The notes under the pieces were generated by a model, which made no database searches, was not told the DNA's origin, and saw only the letters and a program-made list of their open reading frames with translations. From Macrostomum lignano (taxonomy: Eukaryota): a stretch of DNA of 64,000 nt. Within the stretch, counting starts at the first letter, position 1; each line of letters begins with the position of its first letter. Below are positions 50,654-63,274 of this stretch, one piece after another. The position numbers were made by a program, and so were the translations under genes. The stretch covers positions 620,001 through 684,000 of the forward strand of contig NIVC01000010.1 of the NCBI GenBank assembly GCA_002269645.1, given 5' to 3'.

Positions 50654-51023
50654 TCAATTGGTTGCCGCACTCTTGTTAGTACTATTAGTAGCCGATGCCG
50701 ATGACACAGGCAGCTGGGGCGGCGACCTGGGCATTTGAAACCAGTGCATCAGGCCGGCCTGAACCAGATCTTCTTGAACAAATCGCCACTGAGACTGCTG
50801 CGGCTCCTTTGTGTACAGGTAAACGCACGGCTGGTTAACATCGTTAAAGTACACTACCTGGCATTTCACTCGCTTGTTGGTCAAGTAGCCTTGGTGAACG
50901 GATCGGCTGATGCTGTCTAGCTGGAGATCCACGTCTGCGGAGCCGGCCGCGGTTGAAATGGCCGGACTGACGTAGGCCAGGTGCGCTTCCACCGCTTGGA
51001 ATGGCAGGTGCATCATCTCTGTG
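50654..51023 (-). CDS. AKAP1: KH-Tudor gene last exon (SN-like extension, LPFQAVEAHL...)
   Basis: Acceptor ggattccag, phase 2, TGA at 50654. Confidence 0.82.
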
Positions 51024-54000
51024 CTGGAATCCAAAGGGGCTGGATTCTTTAGGTGAGTTTAGGTTGGGCCTGGATTCTTTAGGTGAGTTTAGGCTGGGGC
51101 TGGATTCTTTAGGTGAGTTTAGGCTGGGGCTGGATTCTTTAGGTGAGTTTAGGCTGGGACTGGATTCTTTAGGTGAGTTTAGGCTGGGGCTGGATTCTTT
51201 AGGTGAGTTTAGGCTGGGGCTGGATTCTTTAGGTGAGTTTAGGTTGGGGCTGGATTCTTTAGGTGAGTTTAGGCTGGGGCTGGATTCTTTAGGTGAGTTT
51301 AGGTTGGGGCTGGATTCTTTAGGTGAGTTTAGGTTGGGGCTGGATTCTTTAGGTGAGTTTAGGTTGGGGCTGGATTCTTTAGGTGAGTTTAGGTTGGGGC
51401 TGGATTCTTTAGGTGAGTTTAGGCTGGGGCTGGATTATTTAGGTGAGTTTAGGCTGGGGCTGGATTATTTAGGTGAGTTTAGGTTGGGGCTGGATTCTTT
51501 AGGTGAGTTTAGGCTGGGGCTGGATTATTTAGGTGAGTTTAGGTTGGGGCTGGATTCTTTAGGTGAGTTTAGGCTGGGGCTGGATTCTTTAGGTGAGTTT
51601 AGGCTGGGGCTGGATTATTTAGGTGAGTTCAGGTTGGGGCTGGATTCTTTAGGTGAGTTTAGGTTGGAGTAGATCATCAGAGTGGATTAAAAAGGTCTAT
51701 TAAAAATTGACACACAGAGTTAAGAACCGACTCTGGGGTAGATTAAAGTGAGATGGATTGAAAACCACTTTTAGAATATGGTCTGAGCGGGTTTAAGTTA
51801 GCGGGTTTTTATGATGGTTTGGAGAAGTTACGAGAACGAGGCACGTTAGAAGCTAATCGACTAGCAGTCTTGGCCAACCGATAAGGGAGCAACTTAGAAA
51901 TTAAATTTGAAAAAAAAAACTAAATGTAAAAGCATTGGCTTTTCAGCAACCCGTGACGTTTGGGATCTCAGCACAATTCCCCCCGTGAGCCTTGGGATCT
52001 CAGCACAATTCCCCCCCGTGAGCCTTGGGATCTCAGCACAATTCCCCCCGTGAGTATTGGGATCTCAGCACAATTCCCCCCGTGGGTATTGGGATCTTAT
52101 CACAATTCCCCCGTGAGCCTTGGGATCTCAGCACAATTCCCCTATGAGCCTTGGGATCTCAGCACAATTCCCCCGTGAGCCTTGGGATCTCAGCACAATT
52201 CCCCCGTGAGCCTTGGGATCTCAGCACAATTCCCCCCCCCGTGAGCCTTGGGATCTCAGCACAATTCCCCCCGTGAGTATTGGGATCTCAGCACAATTCC
52301 CCCCGTGGGTATTGGGATCTTATCACAATTCCCCCGTGAGCCTTGGGATCTCAGCACAATTCCCCTATGAGCCTTGGGATCTCAGCACAATTCCCCTATG
52401 AGCCTTGGGATCTCAGCACAATTCCCCTATGAGCCTTGGGATCTCAGCACAATACCCCCGTGAGTATTGGGATCTCAGCACAATTCCCCCCGTGAGTATT
52501 GGGATCTCAGCACAATTCCCCTATGAGCCTTGGGATCTCAGCACAATTTCCCCCGTGAGTGTTGGCATCTCAGGTAAATCGCTGCACTAACCGAATCTGC
52601 TTCAGACAGCCTACTGGCATTTTCTCGTAGCCGCCCCAGTCCAGGTATTTCATCAGCACGGCGTCCTCCTCGGGAAAGACATCGGCAATGATGGCCCGAT
52701 GCCAGCTGTTGCCGAAGGGGGCAATGCAGACGGCTCCAGGATTGACTGGCCGTGGCAGACAGGGCGGCGGCTGCTGCGGAATCGAACCCGGGCCCACGCC
52801 GCCGCCGTAATGACGTTTAATAGTGGCGTCCATTTTTTCCAGATGATGAAAACTGGGATGCGTCGGCTGCTGCAGGAATACGGTTGTGCCGCGGGACATT
52901 GCGCAGACGGTTACGTCGATTGTAGCGCCCACCGGCAGGCTCAGCTGTTAGAGGAAAAGGAAAATGGATTCTTGGAGGCGGTTCTTGACGGCGATTTTTG
53001 GGAAGTTGAGGGCGATTCTTGACGGAGATTTTTGGGGAGTTGAAGGCGATTCTTGACGGCGATTCTTGACGGAGATTTTTGGGGAGTTGACGGTGATTCT
53101 TGACGGAGATTTTTGGGGAGTTGAGGGTGATTCTTGACGGCGATTTTTGAGGAGTTAAGGACGGCTTTTAGGGAGTTGAGGGCGATTCTTGACGGCAATT
53201 TTTGGGAAGTTGAGGGCGATTCTTGACGGAAATTTTTGGGGAGTTGAAGGCGATTCTTGACGGCGATTTTTGAGGAGTTAAGGGCAGTTTTTAGGGAGTT
53301 GAGGGCGATTCTTGACGGCGATTTTTGGGAAGTTAAGGGCGATTCTTGACGGAGATTTTTTGGGAGTTGAAGGCGATTCTTGACGGCGATTTTTGAGGAG
53401 TTAAGGGCAGTTTTTAGGGAGTTGAGGGCGTTTCTTGACGGCGATTTTTGGAAAGTTGAGGGCGATTCTTGACGGCGATTTTTGAGGAGTTGAGGGCGGT
53501 TTTTAGGGAGTTGAGGGCGATTCTTGACGGCGATTTTTAGTGCAAGGGGAGGGCGATTCTTGAAGGCGATTTTTGGGGAGTTGAGGGCGATTCTTGACGG
53601 CGATTCTTACGATTTACCTGTAATTCTTTGTAATCTAGAAATATTAATTAGCTGTTTTGTTTAATTAGGGTAAATGCAATTACTAAAGTCTTTTCACAAT
53701 GCAATAGAAATTGACTTTGTTTACAAAGAAAAAAATAGACATTACGACTTTCAACAAGATCAGTTCTCAAACAAATTATCTTATAAAACCACAGTTTGTC
53801 GGCAAAAATGTTTAACTTGAGACTTGAAAACGTAAAACTTGATGAATGAGTCATTAACTATATACCCAAATTGACCCTAATATGCGTTGGCTCTCTTTCT
53901 TTAGCGTTTAGTGTGTTTTAACTATGATTGCAACATCACTGGACTGCTAAATTCAAACACCTGGAGGCATGGGAACGGGTTGATTGCGAGTAACTCAATG

Positions 54001-56928
54001 AGTTGCCGGGCAGTGATAGGCGCGCCACATGCAAGTCTATAGGACTCTAGGTCAATAGAGGGCACACGCGCAGCACAAAGTCTCTGCTGTATGGACTCAG
54101 GGCAAACAAAATGGAATGAAAGATAACCGAAAAACTTTTTTTGAAACTTGGCTTTATCTAGACTAGCCCGCCTAGTCTGCGGGAAAGTTACTTAGGATAT
54201 TTTATCAAAACGGTGTCTGTAGCTACAATTATAAATATTAAAAGATAAGGTAAAAAAGACCACGGGCTGCTTTAAAAAAAGCTCAATTTATTCGAAAATT
54301 TATTCATAACAGCAAAAAGTTACAATAGACGATAATTGAAATATGACTTGCAACTTTGGGATTATGAAATCTGATTATTATGAAATCTGATGATTATGAA
54401 ATCTGATGATTATGAAATCTGATGATTATGAAATCTGATGATTATGAAATCTGATGATTATGAAATATGATGATTATGAAATCTGATGATTATGAAATCT
54501 GATGACTAGGAAATCTGATGACTATGAAATCTGATGATTATGAAATCTGATGATTATGAAATCTGATGATTATGAAATCTGATGATTATGAAATATGATG
54601 ATTATGAAATCTGATGATTATGAAATATGATGATTATGAAATATGATGATTATGAAATCTGATGATTATGAAATCTGATGATTATGAAATATGATGATTA
54701 TGAAATCTGATGATTATGAAATCTGATGATTATGAAATATGATGATTATGAAATCTATGATTTTGAAATCTAACGATTGTGAATTCTGATAATTATGAAA
54801 TCTGATGATTATTATGAAATCTTGGGAATGGGAAGTTTAGGCATTATGAAAATTTGCGATTCTTTAACCCCAAAAAATGAGGCACAAATGTAAAAGAAAT
54901 TACTAGCTCAAATGCTTTCTGTTTCAAGCCAATTAGATTAGCACAAAAAACCTCTACAATTCATGGACATTATAAACTTAGTTGAAAAAAGGAAACTGGC
55001 AGTTAAAGACAGATGCAAGAATGGAAGAATAGTGAAGCTAAACTAGCTGAGATTCCTAGAGAGAAAGAATCACAAGCAGCAATAAAGAAGTCTAACTCGG
55101 ACAGTGCTAACTAGCTTAGGTGTTCAGGCCAACTCTCTGAATTGAACCGAACCGACTAAACTATATAAAAAGGCAAAAAAGGCACGGGCAGAGGGGGGGG
55201 GAGAGAAGAGATTCCAGTTTTACAGTTCAGCTAGTCTAACTTGCGAGTTGCACTTTAACCGATAGCAGACCAAAGAAGGACAAAGAGAACCGCCCTTTCC
55301 TTCCCTCCGAAAAAAACCGGCCTCGTGTTCGTTGGTTTATTTCCTATCTCTCTCTCCTCCCATGGAATACAAGAGTTTATAGATATCTGGAAGGACATTC
55401 CATTGTAGTTATCTTGGTTTAGCAATTTTAGGTCAAGTTCATCAACTCCAGATACTCTATCAAGAGTGGCAAAATGAAGAACCGGAAAAATAAACATATC
55501 CTTGCATCGTAATCGTAAAAAAATACGACACAATTTCAAACTGCCTTTACCTGGCACATAGTCGGCTGCAGAGCGGGGTTTCGCTGTATTGGCACGGCCG
55601 TATTAATTGGTTTAACGTCCAGCTCAGGGAAACGTTTTTTAATCACCTGGAGAGCAATTTTCACGCACTCGACGGGACCTACAACAATTAGTTTATCAAG
55701 AATATACTGATAAGAAATCAAAACAAAAACTTTGCAATCTACCTGTCTTAAGAGCTTCCTTATGATGATCTAATTAATCAATATAATGGCAAGCTCATTT
55801 CCAAGCCGCTAATCCTTCAGCACTGCTAGTGTCGCCCTCTCCCAGACCCGCTCCTCCTTCAGCACTGCTACTGCCGCCCTCTCCCATACCCGCTGCTCCT
55901 TCAGCACTGCTACTGCCGCCCTCTCCGATACCCGCTGATCCTTCAGCACTGCTACTGCCGCCCTCTCCCATACCCGCTGCTCCTTCAGCACTGCTACTGC
56001 CGCCCTCTCCCATACCCGCTAATCCTTCAGCACTGCTACTGCCGCCCTCTCCCATACCCGCTAATCCTTCAGCACTGCTACTGCCGCCCTCTCCCATACC
56101 CGCTAATCCTTCAGCACTGCTACTGCCGCCCTCTCCCATACCCGCTAATCCTTCAGCACTGCTACTGCCGCCCTCTCCCATACCCGCTAATCCTTCAGCA
56201 CTGCTACTGCCGCCCTTTCCCATACCCGCTAATCCTTCAGCACTGCTACTGCCGCCCTTTCCCATACCCGCTAATCCTTCAGCACTGCAAGTTTTGAAAT
56301 AAAAAATCCAAGACCATTACAAACCTCTAATATTAACAACTTGAGTCTTCTTATCAAAAAAGTTGCGACTGATCCAAACCGAGGCGCCGGACTTGCTGCG
56401 AATATAGCTAATATTACGGCCGCCAGTGCCCACCATTGAGCCGCCCAATCGATTAGGTATGAGGAACTGGTGCACAATGTCAGTTTCGTCGCCTGGCACG
56501 GGCGAAGCGCCCCGTACAATAGTACGATTATTACGCTCGCTAACAGTTTTCGCGTTAGTATTTTTGTTAGCGCTGTTGCTACTAATCTGAGCATTGTTTG
56601 AGTCGGAATGCCGACCGCTGTCATTCTCGTCTATTTTATCGTCTTCTTCAGCTGGCTCTGCAGTCTGCTGCTGGTTCTGCTGGTATTGACAATTCTTGGC
56701 TAGCCAATTACTGACCCGATTGTCAATGGCTGGCTGCTGCGACTGAGTCTCTTTGACATCATCTGACAGATTGTTGTTGGTCAAATTGTTGTCATTATTG
56801 TTGTCGCCAGTGCCATTTACACTCGCAAGATTAGTATTACTGGCAGGTGTTGCATTATTGCTTTCAGTTGGCTTTGTTGCAGCTTCACTGGCGCCAGCTG
56901 TTTTAGCTTCATCAACAAGTTCAGTCAT
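50654..56928 (-). CDS. AKAP1: AKAP1/spoonbill-like single-KH + extended Tudor protein, 4 exons, 484 aa
   Basis: Exons 56325-56928, 55551-55678, 52592-52944, 50654-51023 with consistent phases; KH (HQFLIP..GGSMVGTGGRNI), FLQQPTHPSF, Tudor WHRA..YLDWGGY, LKQIR|TEMMHLPFQAVE all fit AKAP1-family motifs. Confidence 0.8.
51038..51667. repeat. 30-bp minisatellite, ~21 copies
   Basis: Unit TGGATTCTTTAGGTGAGTTTAGGCTGGGGC. Confidence 0.97.
51953..52570. repeat. ~31-33-bp minisatellite
   Basis: Unit TGGGATCTCAGCACAATTCCCCCGTGAGCCT. Confidence 0.94.
52592..52944 (-). CDS. AKAP1: KH-Tudor gene exon 3: Tudor core
   Basis: LSLPVGATIDVTV..FLQQPTHPSF..CIAPFGNSWHRAII..KYLDWGGY; acceptor ctaacag, donor gttagt. 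Confidence 0.88.
52972..53610. repeat. 34-bp minisatellite
   Basis: Unit GGGCGATTCTTGACGGCGATTTTTGGGGAGTTGA. Confidence 0.93.
54360..54820. repeat. 16-bp minisatellite
   Basis: Unit GATTATGAAATCTGAT. Confidence 0.95.
55551..55678 (-). CDS. AKAP1: KH-Tudor gene exon 2: KH C-terminal helix
   Basis: GPVECVKIALQVIKKRFP; acceptor ttgtag, donor gtaaag. Confidence 0.85.
55808..56287. repeat. 42-bp minisatellite, ~11 copies
   Basis: Unit TCCTTCAGCACTGCTACTGCCGCCCTCTCCCATACCCGCTAA. Confidence 0.95.
56325..56928 (-). CDS. AKAP1: KH-Tudor gene exon 1: N/S-rich disordered region + KH
   Basis: GCCATG start with an in-frame TAA six codons upstream; GxxG loop GTGG; donor G|gtttgt. Confidence 0.82.
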
Positions 56929-59900
56929 GGCCGTCAGTTGAATAAGTTAAAGTGAGCACTTTATCTATTAATGAATTCAGTGCTTTTTAGTTTGTGACTG
57001 TTTTAGCTTCTTATTGCAACAGTTAAGCAATCAATAATGCATGCGAACATGAATTAGATTTCAATTTTGTTACATTTATTGATTGCAGTTGTTGTATGAA
57101 TCATATTTATTGTAAGTTTATACTCAATAAAACTGAAGAAAAAATATTTTAGGATAAGAAAATGTCACAAATTAAGATTAAAGAGTTAATTAATCGAGCA
57201 ATGAAAAAAGATATGCTTTAGAGCCAAACAATACACTCAACTCATCCTTATCAAACTAAACCTTCTTAGCATGCATGCCTTATATATAGCTAATGCAATT
57301 TCATTCAAAAAGATTTTCCAAAATTAAAAAAGCATACCAATTTTAACAAAATGAATGTCTTCAATAGATAAAGAAAAAGTGTTATAAACCAGAGCACCAA
57401 CAAGCAAACTAGGGTAGTTTTCTAATGTAATGCTACAAATAACATTTTTATCATATGGCAAAGAAAAGAACATTAGCAAGTTGCAAGTAAAATAAGCAAA
57501 CATAAAAAAGCAATAAGACAATTCCTTAAAAAGCATGCCATATAGAATGCAGATTTCATATTTAACATTTCTATTTTTTACCTGTGGCAATTAGCAATTT
57601 TAGGTATATTAATGTTACAAGTTTTATATTAAATAATCAAGCTCAAGCACTAGCAATATACATATTGCATACTACATATATACTAGCCTGTAGCATAAGA
57701 CAACCTATTTAGCATACACTAATAGGTAATAGTCTACTTTGGTAATAGCCACTTTGGTAACAAATGAGAATAACAGTTGATTTATATGCTCCAAAAATGC
57801 ACCAATAGACTTAAAAATAATAATAATTGGGATACATTTTTACTCACTTTAAAAGATTTAGATTGATGCAGAAAACTGCATACTTGCATGTGTTTAACTT
57901 GTTTAAAAGTGTTTTGACCTATCTAGGCCTATTTTAATTTTTAGATACCTCAGATACATATACCAAGATATCTTGTAACTGATCAAATTTGATGTACATT
58001 AGATTATCTAAGTTAACAACTTTAAACTATAGAGTCTACTTTTCCCCTTTATTAATTACTTCAAGTTTTCAATTTCAATATGTCAAAGTGGTTCTTGTTC
58101 TCTCTATTTAAATCTCAACCACTGACACCAAAGTTGTCAAAGGCGTAATTGCTCTTATTGAAATTATCCCACTACTGCAACCAAGTTGTCAAAGGGCTGA
58201 TTCTTCTGTCTCTTCAAATGATTCCACAGCTGTCACTAAAGTTGTCAAAGGGCTAAACTCCTGTTTATAAATGATGGTAGCTGCCACCAAGACTATTCTA
58301 TTAATAAATTATGAGTTTATTAATCTTAGAATAAGTCTGAGAATATTTCTTAGAATAGGTCTGAGTATTTAGTCTGTGTATTTAGCCTGAGTATTATTCT
58401 TAGAAAACTATTAACCCTGAAAGATTTTACTCCTCTGTTATTCTGGTAGCATTCTATTATTCTGGTAGCGTTCTATTTAATAATTGGGCCTGAGCAGTAT
58501 TTTGGCTTACTGGTATATGTATTTCATGTACTTTGCAAGTCATTGGGCGTTACCAAGATCAGAAGGTCACAGCCTCTGGTTATTCTTACACTTATATGTA
58601 TCATTTCAGATCTACTTCGTATTCTCTTACTACTCAATACTGTTGCTTCTCAATGTATTATATATGCTTTAGTCTATTTCACTCTTATTTCGTAAAAGGA
58701 ATTAACATAGAAAACACTTTTTCAATTCTTATTTTCTTGGAACTCTTACTATTCGCTATCAATCACTTATTGTGGAACCGCGATGCGCGAGGTTGGTCTC
58801 TCTTCCACCAAAAATGCTTCTATTTATACTAAAATTTACTGCTAGTTTAAACAAAAATTAGTTCACATAAAATATTATGAAAAATACGAGTATTAAAACA
58901 AAATATGTTTCTTAGTTTTGGCGTGAATTCAAATTGACTAAACGGTGACTATTTTATAAAGAAATTGGGAGGGGCCCTACACAAACTATGTAGCCCTTCA
59001 TTTACTTTTTTTGCCTTCATTTTTTTACGAAGTTAATGTGCATATTTAAACAAATTATAATATAATTAGAAAGCTTAAAAACTAGAAAGCTTAAAATTTA
59101 TACTTGAAATTGAATCTTTCAATCTTTTTTCCACTTTATACTAATTATTTCATATGATTTAATGAAGTATACACTAGCATGACTAGGCCTAGGCCTATGG
59201 TTGCATGCATACACACTATTTTTAAGGAGTCAAGCATGTTAATTATGCACATCTAAATTTATTTAGGTGCACAAGGCCAATGCATACCCTATTTTTTGGA
59301 TAAATAGTATATATGATCCAGAGTGTCACAGGAATATAGAAGCTACTAAAGCCAAGGGCTAGGCCTATCAAACTAATATAAAGAGACAAACTAGGCCATA
59401 ATATAATAAATTTGAACTTAAATTAAAAAAGAATAGCTAGGCCTAGGTGAAATAAAGTCTATAAGACTCAAGACAATAAGAGTCAAGAGACAGACAGGCT
59501 AAGCCTCTTAGCCTACTTATACTACGAGTAGCCTTAACTATTATATTAAAACAAGGAACAGACTAGCTTTTGTCTTTCAACAAAAGATTAGGGGCCTGAA
59601 TTGGTACAAAATAAAAAATTAACATTAATTGGCATAAAGCAACTTAGGCCTAATGTTGGATCTTAAAAGCAATAAATCTAACCTAAGCTAGCCATGGACT
59701 AACGCCTTAACCGAAGTCTAAAGCAAAAATATTTTCAAAGACGTGTCAGTTTTTGCGAAATCTTTGGCGCTAGCCCCTAGCTACTTATTTGACATTTTTG
59801 TCCAATTCACATTGTATGTAGATTAAGAGTAATCATTAGTACTAGTAGGCCTAAGTAGGCCATGCCAAGGCTAAGGCCAAGTAGGTCTTAAGCTCACCAA

Positions 59901-60937
59901 ATACTGTTCTAGAAGAATATAACTAAGTTAACTAACTATATAACTAGGCCAAATGAGACTGAGATTTGTCGTGAAATGCGATTGCGGGGTGTACAATGTG
60001 GATCTTGAACAAGAGGACGAATATGACAATGAATAATCCGATAATCGCTAAATAGTAGCAAACTGGACCAAAATGAATCGTAAGTAAAACTAGTTGCATT
60101 TTATAAACATTTTCCAACGAGCTACGCTTCCTAAAAATTAGTTAACAAGCAAATTTTTACAACCAAAGGACGTCGAGCCTAAGTAATCCGAGCAACATAT
60201 ATGCAGGAAATTTAGGCCTAGTGATTAGAGGATTAGCGAATGGTCGGATAACACAAATTTTCAAAAATTTTATAGAGTCCACACCAGAGGACCACTATAT
60301 AACTTGTATGTAACTCCAAATTAGATTAAGTACCGCGCTAGTTTGCTGAAGTAGGCAGATTTTTCTAATCTTTCTTTCCTACTATACTAAGCGCATATCA
60401 CTTAGGTTTACTAAACACGAACATGCAAGGCCACATGATTCATATCCCATGAGATGAGATGATTATTCATCAAATTCACGTCTCGGCCGATATAATTTAC
60501 GGTGACATATGTACCTACATGTACAGTAGCTGCTGCGGAAGAATAGAGCTGAAATAACTCAAAGCTCAAGGATTAGCATATCTGCGGTGCAAAATAGTCA
60601 GTAGCTAGTGTCTTCAGCATCAAAATGTCTTTCGATGCGCCACAGTGCTGAATTTCCACTGCAGCTAATTCGCTTTGGAAGGGCCGCGGTAGCAGCGTGA
60701 CTATACTGTATGTATGTACACGTACAGTACATGGTTAATCAAAACCTGACCTGTGCCAGTTGTTTCTCAAATACACTGTCCAAAAAGCGGCCGTCCTTCC
60801 TCGAATCCGCTGCGCGGCCCATCGGCCAAACACACGCTGTAGTCCTGTGAAGTTTTTCCCGACTCTATGCACCTAGCCTACTACGGCTTGAAACAGTGCA
60901 ATTAAAGCTGATGACTTCGATCTGTCTCTTACAGCAG

Positions 60938-61092
60938 GGCGCCCTATAGCCCTGTCTCTTGGTGAGCGCCCCTGTCTCTTGGTGCAGAGCACCCGTCTCT
61001 TGGTGATCGCGCCCCTGGCTTTTGGTGGGCAGCTGCCCTGTCTCTCTTGGTGCAGTGGGCGCCTTCTCTCTTGGCGGGCGCCCCTGTCTCTT
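60938..61092. repeat. Degenerate ~22-bp tandem repeat
   Basis: Core GCCCCTGTCTCTTGGT. Confidence 0.8.
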
Positions 61093-62039
61093 ACATGTAT
61101 ACGAGAGTTTACACCCAGAAACAACATGCTTGCCAGTGAGCAATTTCTTTTGGACCATTCTGAAATAAAAGATACGAGAAAACTGGGTAGCTTTAATCCG
61201 TCCAACTCTCGCAAACCGCGCTCCTCTACCACCATGGTGGGGTCGTTTAATGTCACTATCTAATCATTATCTATCACTATCTATCTATCTATCATCTATC
61301 TATATCTATCATCTATCATCTATCATCTATCTATCACCTATCTCTATCTATCATCTATCATCTATCTATATCTATCATCTAACATCTATCTCTATCTATC
61401 ATCTATCTATATCTATCATCTATCATCTATCTATATCTATCATCTATCTATATCTATCATCTAACATCTATCTCTATCTATCATCTATCATCTATCTATA
61501 TCTATCATCTAACATCTATCTCTATCTATCATCTATCTATATCTATCATCTATCATCTATCTATATCTATCATCTATCTATATCTATCATCTATCACTTT
61601 CTATCACTATCACTATCACTATCACTATCACTATCACTATCACTATCACTATCACTATCTATCACTATCTATCACTATCACTATCACTATCACTATCACT
61701 ATCTATCACTATCACTATCACTATCACTATCACTATCACTATCACTATCACTATCACTATCACTATCACTATCACTATCACTATCACTATCACTATCAAT
61801 GTCACTATCTAATAATGTCACTATCCGTCCAAACCTCGCACACCAGTGATTTTCACCAGTTTTTCACCAGTGGTGGGGGAAGCGGTGTGCGAGGGTTGGA
61901 CGGATTAAAGCTACCCAGTTTTCTCGTATATTTTATTTCAGAATTTCTGAATTTCAGAATTTTCTTTTGAACCTAAGTCCAAAAGAAATTGCTCACTGGC
62001 AAACATGTTGTTTCTGGGTGTAAACTTTCATATACATGT
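61093..62039. mobile_element. Foldback/MITE-like element: ~140-bp inverted arms enclosing a (TATC)/(TATCAC) microsatellite
   Basis: Left arm 61093-61234 is the reverse complement of 61870-62039 (the right arm has a ~37-bp insert); termini ACATGTATA...TATACATGT; no TSD seen. Confidence 0.65.
61250..61825. repeat. Compound (TATC)/(TATCAC) microsatellite
   Basis: Direct reading; lies between the inverted arms. Confidence 0.94.
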
Positions 62040-62719
62040 TGACATGTAGATACATGTAAGTTAAGTCACTCGCAAAGATTGAGAGACTTTACCTGAACTC
62101 TCAAAAGTGGCGAACACAGATGGAATTGGAATTTTTGTAGACCGTGTCTACTGCGGAAGAAAGATAGAGGCTCCAAAAGAGCGCGTTGCTTCTATATTCT
62201 ATATTTAGCCAACAACAAAGACCCTCGAGGGTCTCAGATCATACATGTACGCAAAGAAAAAGGGGCAAAGGGAAAGGAAGGAACGAACAAGCAAGCACAG
62301 GGTGACGCATCGAGACAAAGAACATTCCTACCCCACTTTCCCTCAACCCCTCTCACACAACACAACTACACTGTACGTCATCAGAGGAATCTTCTGTGAT
62401 GGCGACTTTTCGATGTTGCTTAGTATATATGTAAATGTCACACGTTCATACTAAATTTTTAGTAGTATCATCACGAAAACAGTGAATGACTACTCCATTG
62501 TGCCAAAAAAAACGGATTCTCACAACATCTAATTTTATTACTTCCAGAGTATTGGTGATGAGGACGCACTTTTTCAAACTTCACGCTCACACATGGGCTC
62601 CAAACTTACTAGCCTACTGACAGCAGGCTATGGGCATTTTTTCTTCTCTTTATGCAATTTTCCTAGAATTCATACTAGCTAGTTATATGATTTTGCCATA
62701 CTTGTAGTTATAATAACAT

Positions 62720-63100
62720 AGGTGCGGCTTTTGGGTCATAAATCATTGCTTTCGAGCCGGTCTGACAGCCACCTGCGCCTCACTCAATGCTGAGACTGGC
62801 GCCAGATGGTCTGAGGGGATGCGAATGATAGCTTTTTTCTCATCATTTTGACAGGCCATCAAGATTTATGAGGTCAGGGCCTATTGTTTGTGTTTACTCA
62901 AGCGTGTGACAGCTTTGACAGCTATGCGGTTTACCCCTAAAAGTACCTTGGGATTAGCGATTAGCGATTTCTCTTCATTATTTTCACTTTCTACTTAATA
63001 AGAGCTTTCTAATGTATATTTTTTCATTAATTTTTGTCATTCCTACGCGAAAGGTCATAAAACATTATGTAGCGATTTTGAGTGATTTATGACCGCACCT
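62720..63100. mobile_element. Possible small MITE
   Basis: Imperfect TIR AGGTGCGG(cttttggg)TCATAAATCA at 62720 versus TGATTTATGACCGCACCT at 63083-63100; single copy in the window. Confidence 0.35.
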
Positions 63101-63167
63101 GTCGTATTTTTATGGCCCCAAGGGAACTGATAGGATCTGCTGGTCACGTAAGTTTGGGTGGCAACAA

Positions 63168-63274
63168 GCTCAGCCAATCAGAAAATTCGACCGCGTTATA
63201 GCAAATCGGCTCAGCCAATCAGCGTCGAGGTGTTTTATTATAACAAATTGCGGTCCAGTTGGCGGCTATTTAAA
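63168..63274 (+). promoter_or_regulatory. Pol II promoter-like module: two CCAAT boxes + TATA-like box
   Basis: GCTCAGCCAATCAG twice (CCAAT at 63174 and 63215), TATTTAAA at 63267-63274, followed by ATG-free GC-rich sequence and a donor-like GG|GTGAGA at 63573. Confidence 0.5.

Noticed and set aside
58082-58260. Four AAGTTGTCAAAGG motifs spaced ~53 bp apart with variable sequence between them (repeat-spacer look)
   Set aside because: The motif is only ~13 bp and the spacers share residual similarity; most simply an old decayed minisatellite.
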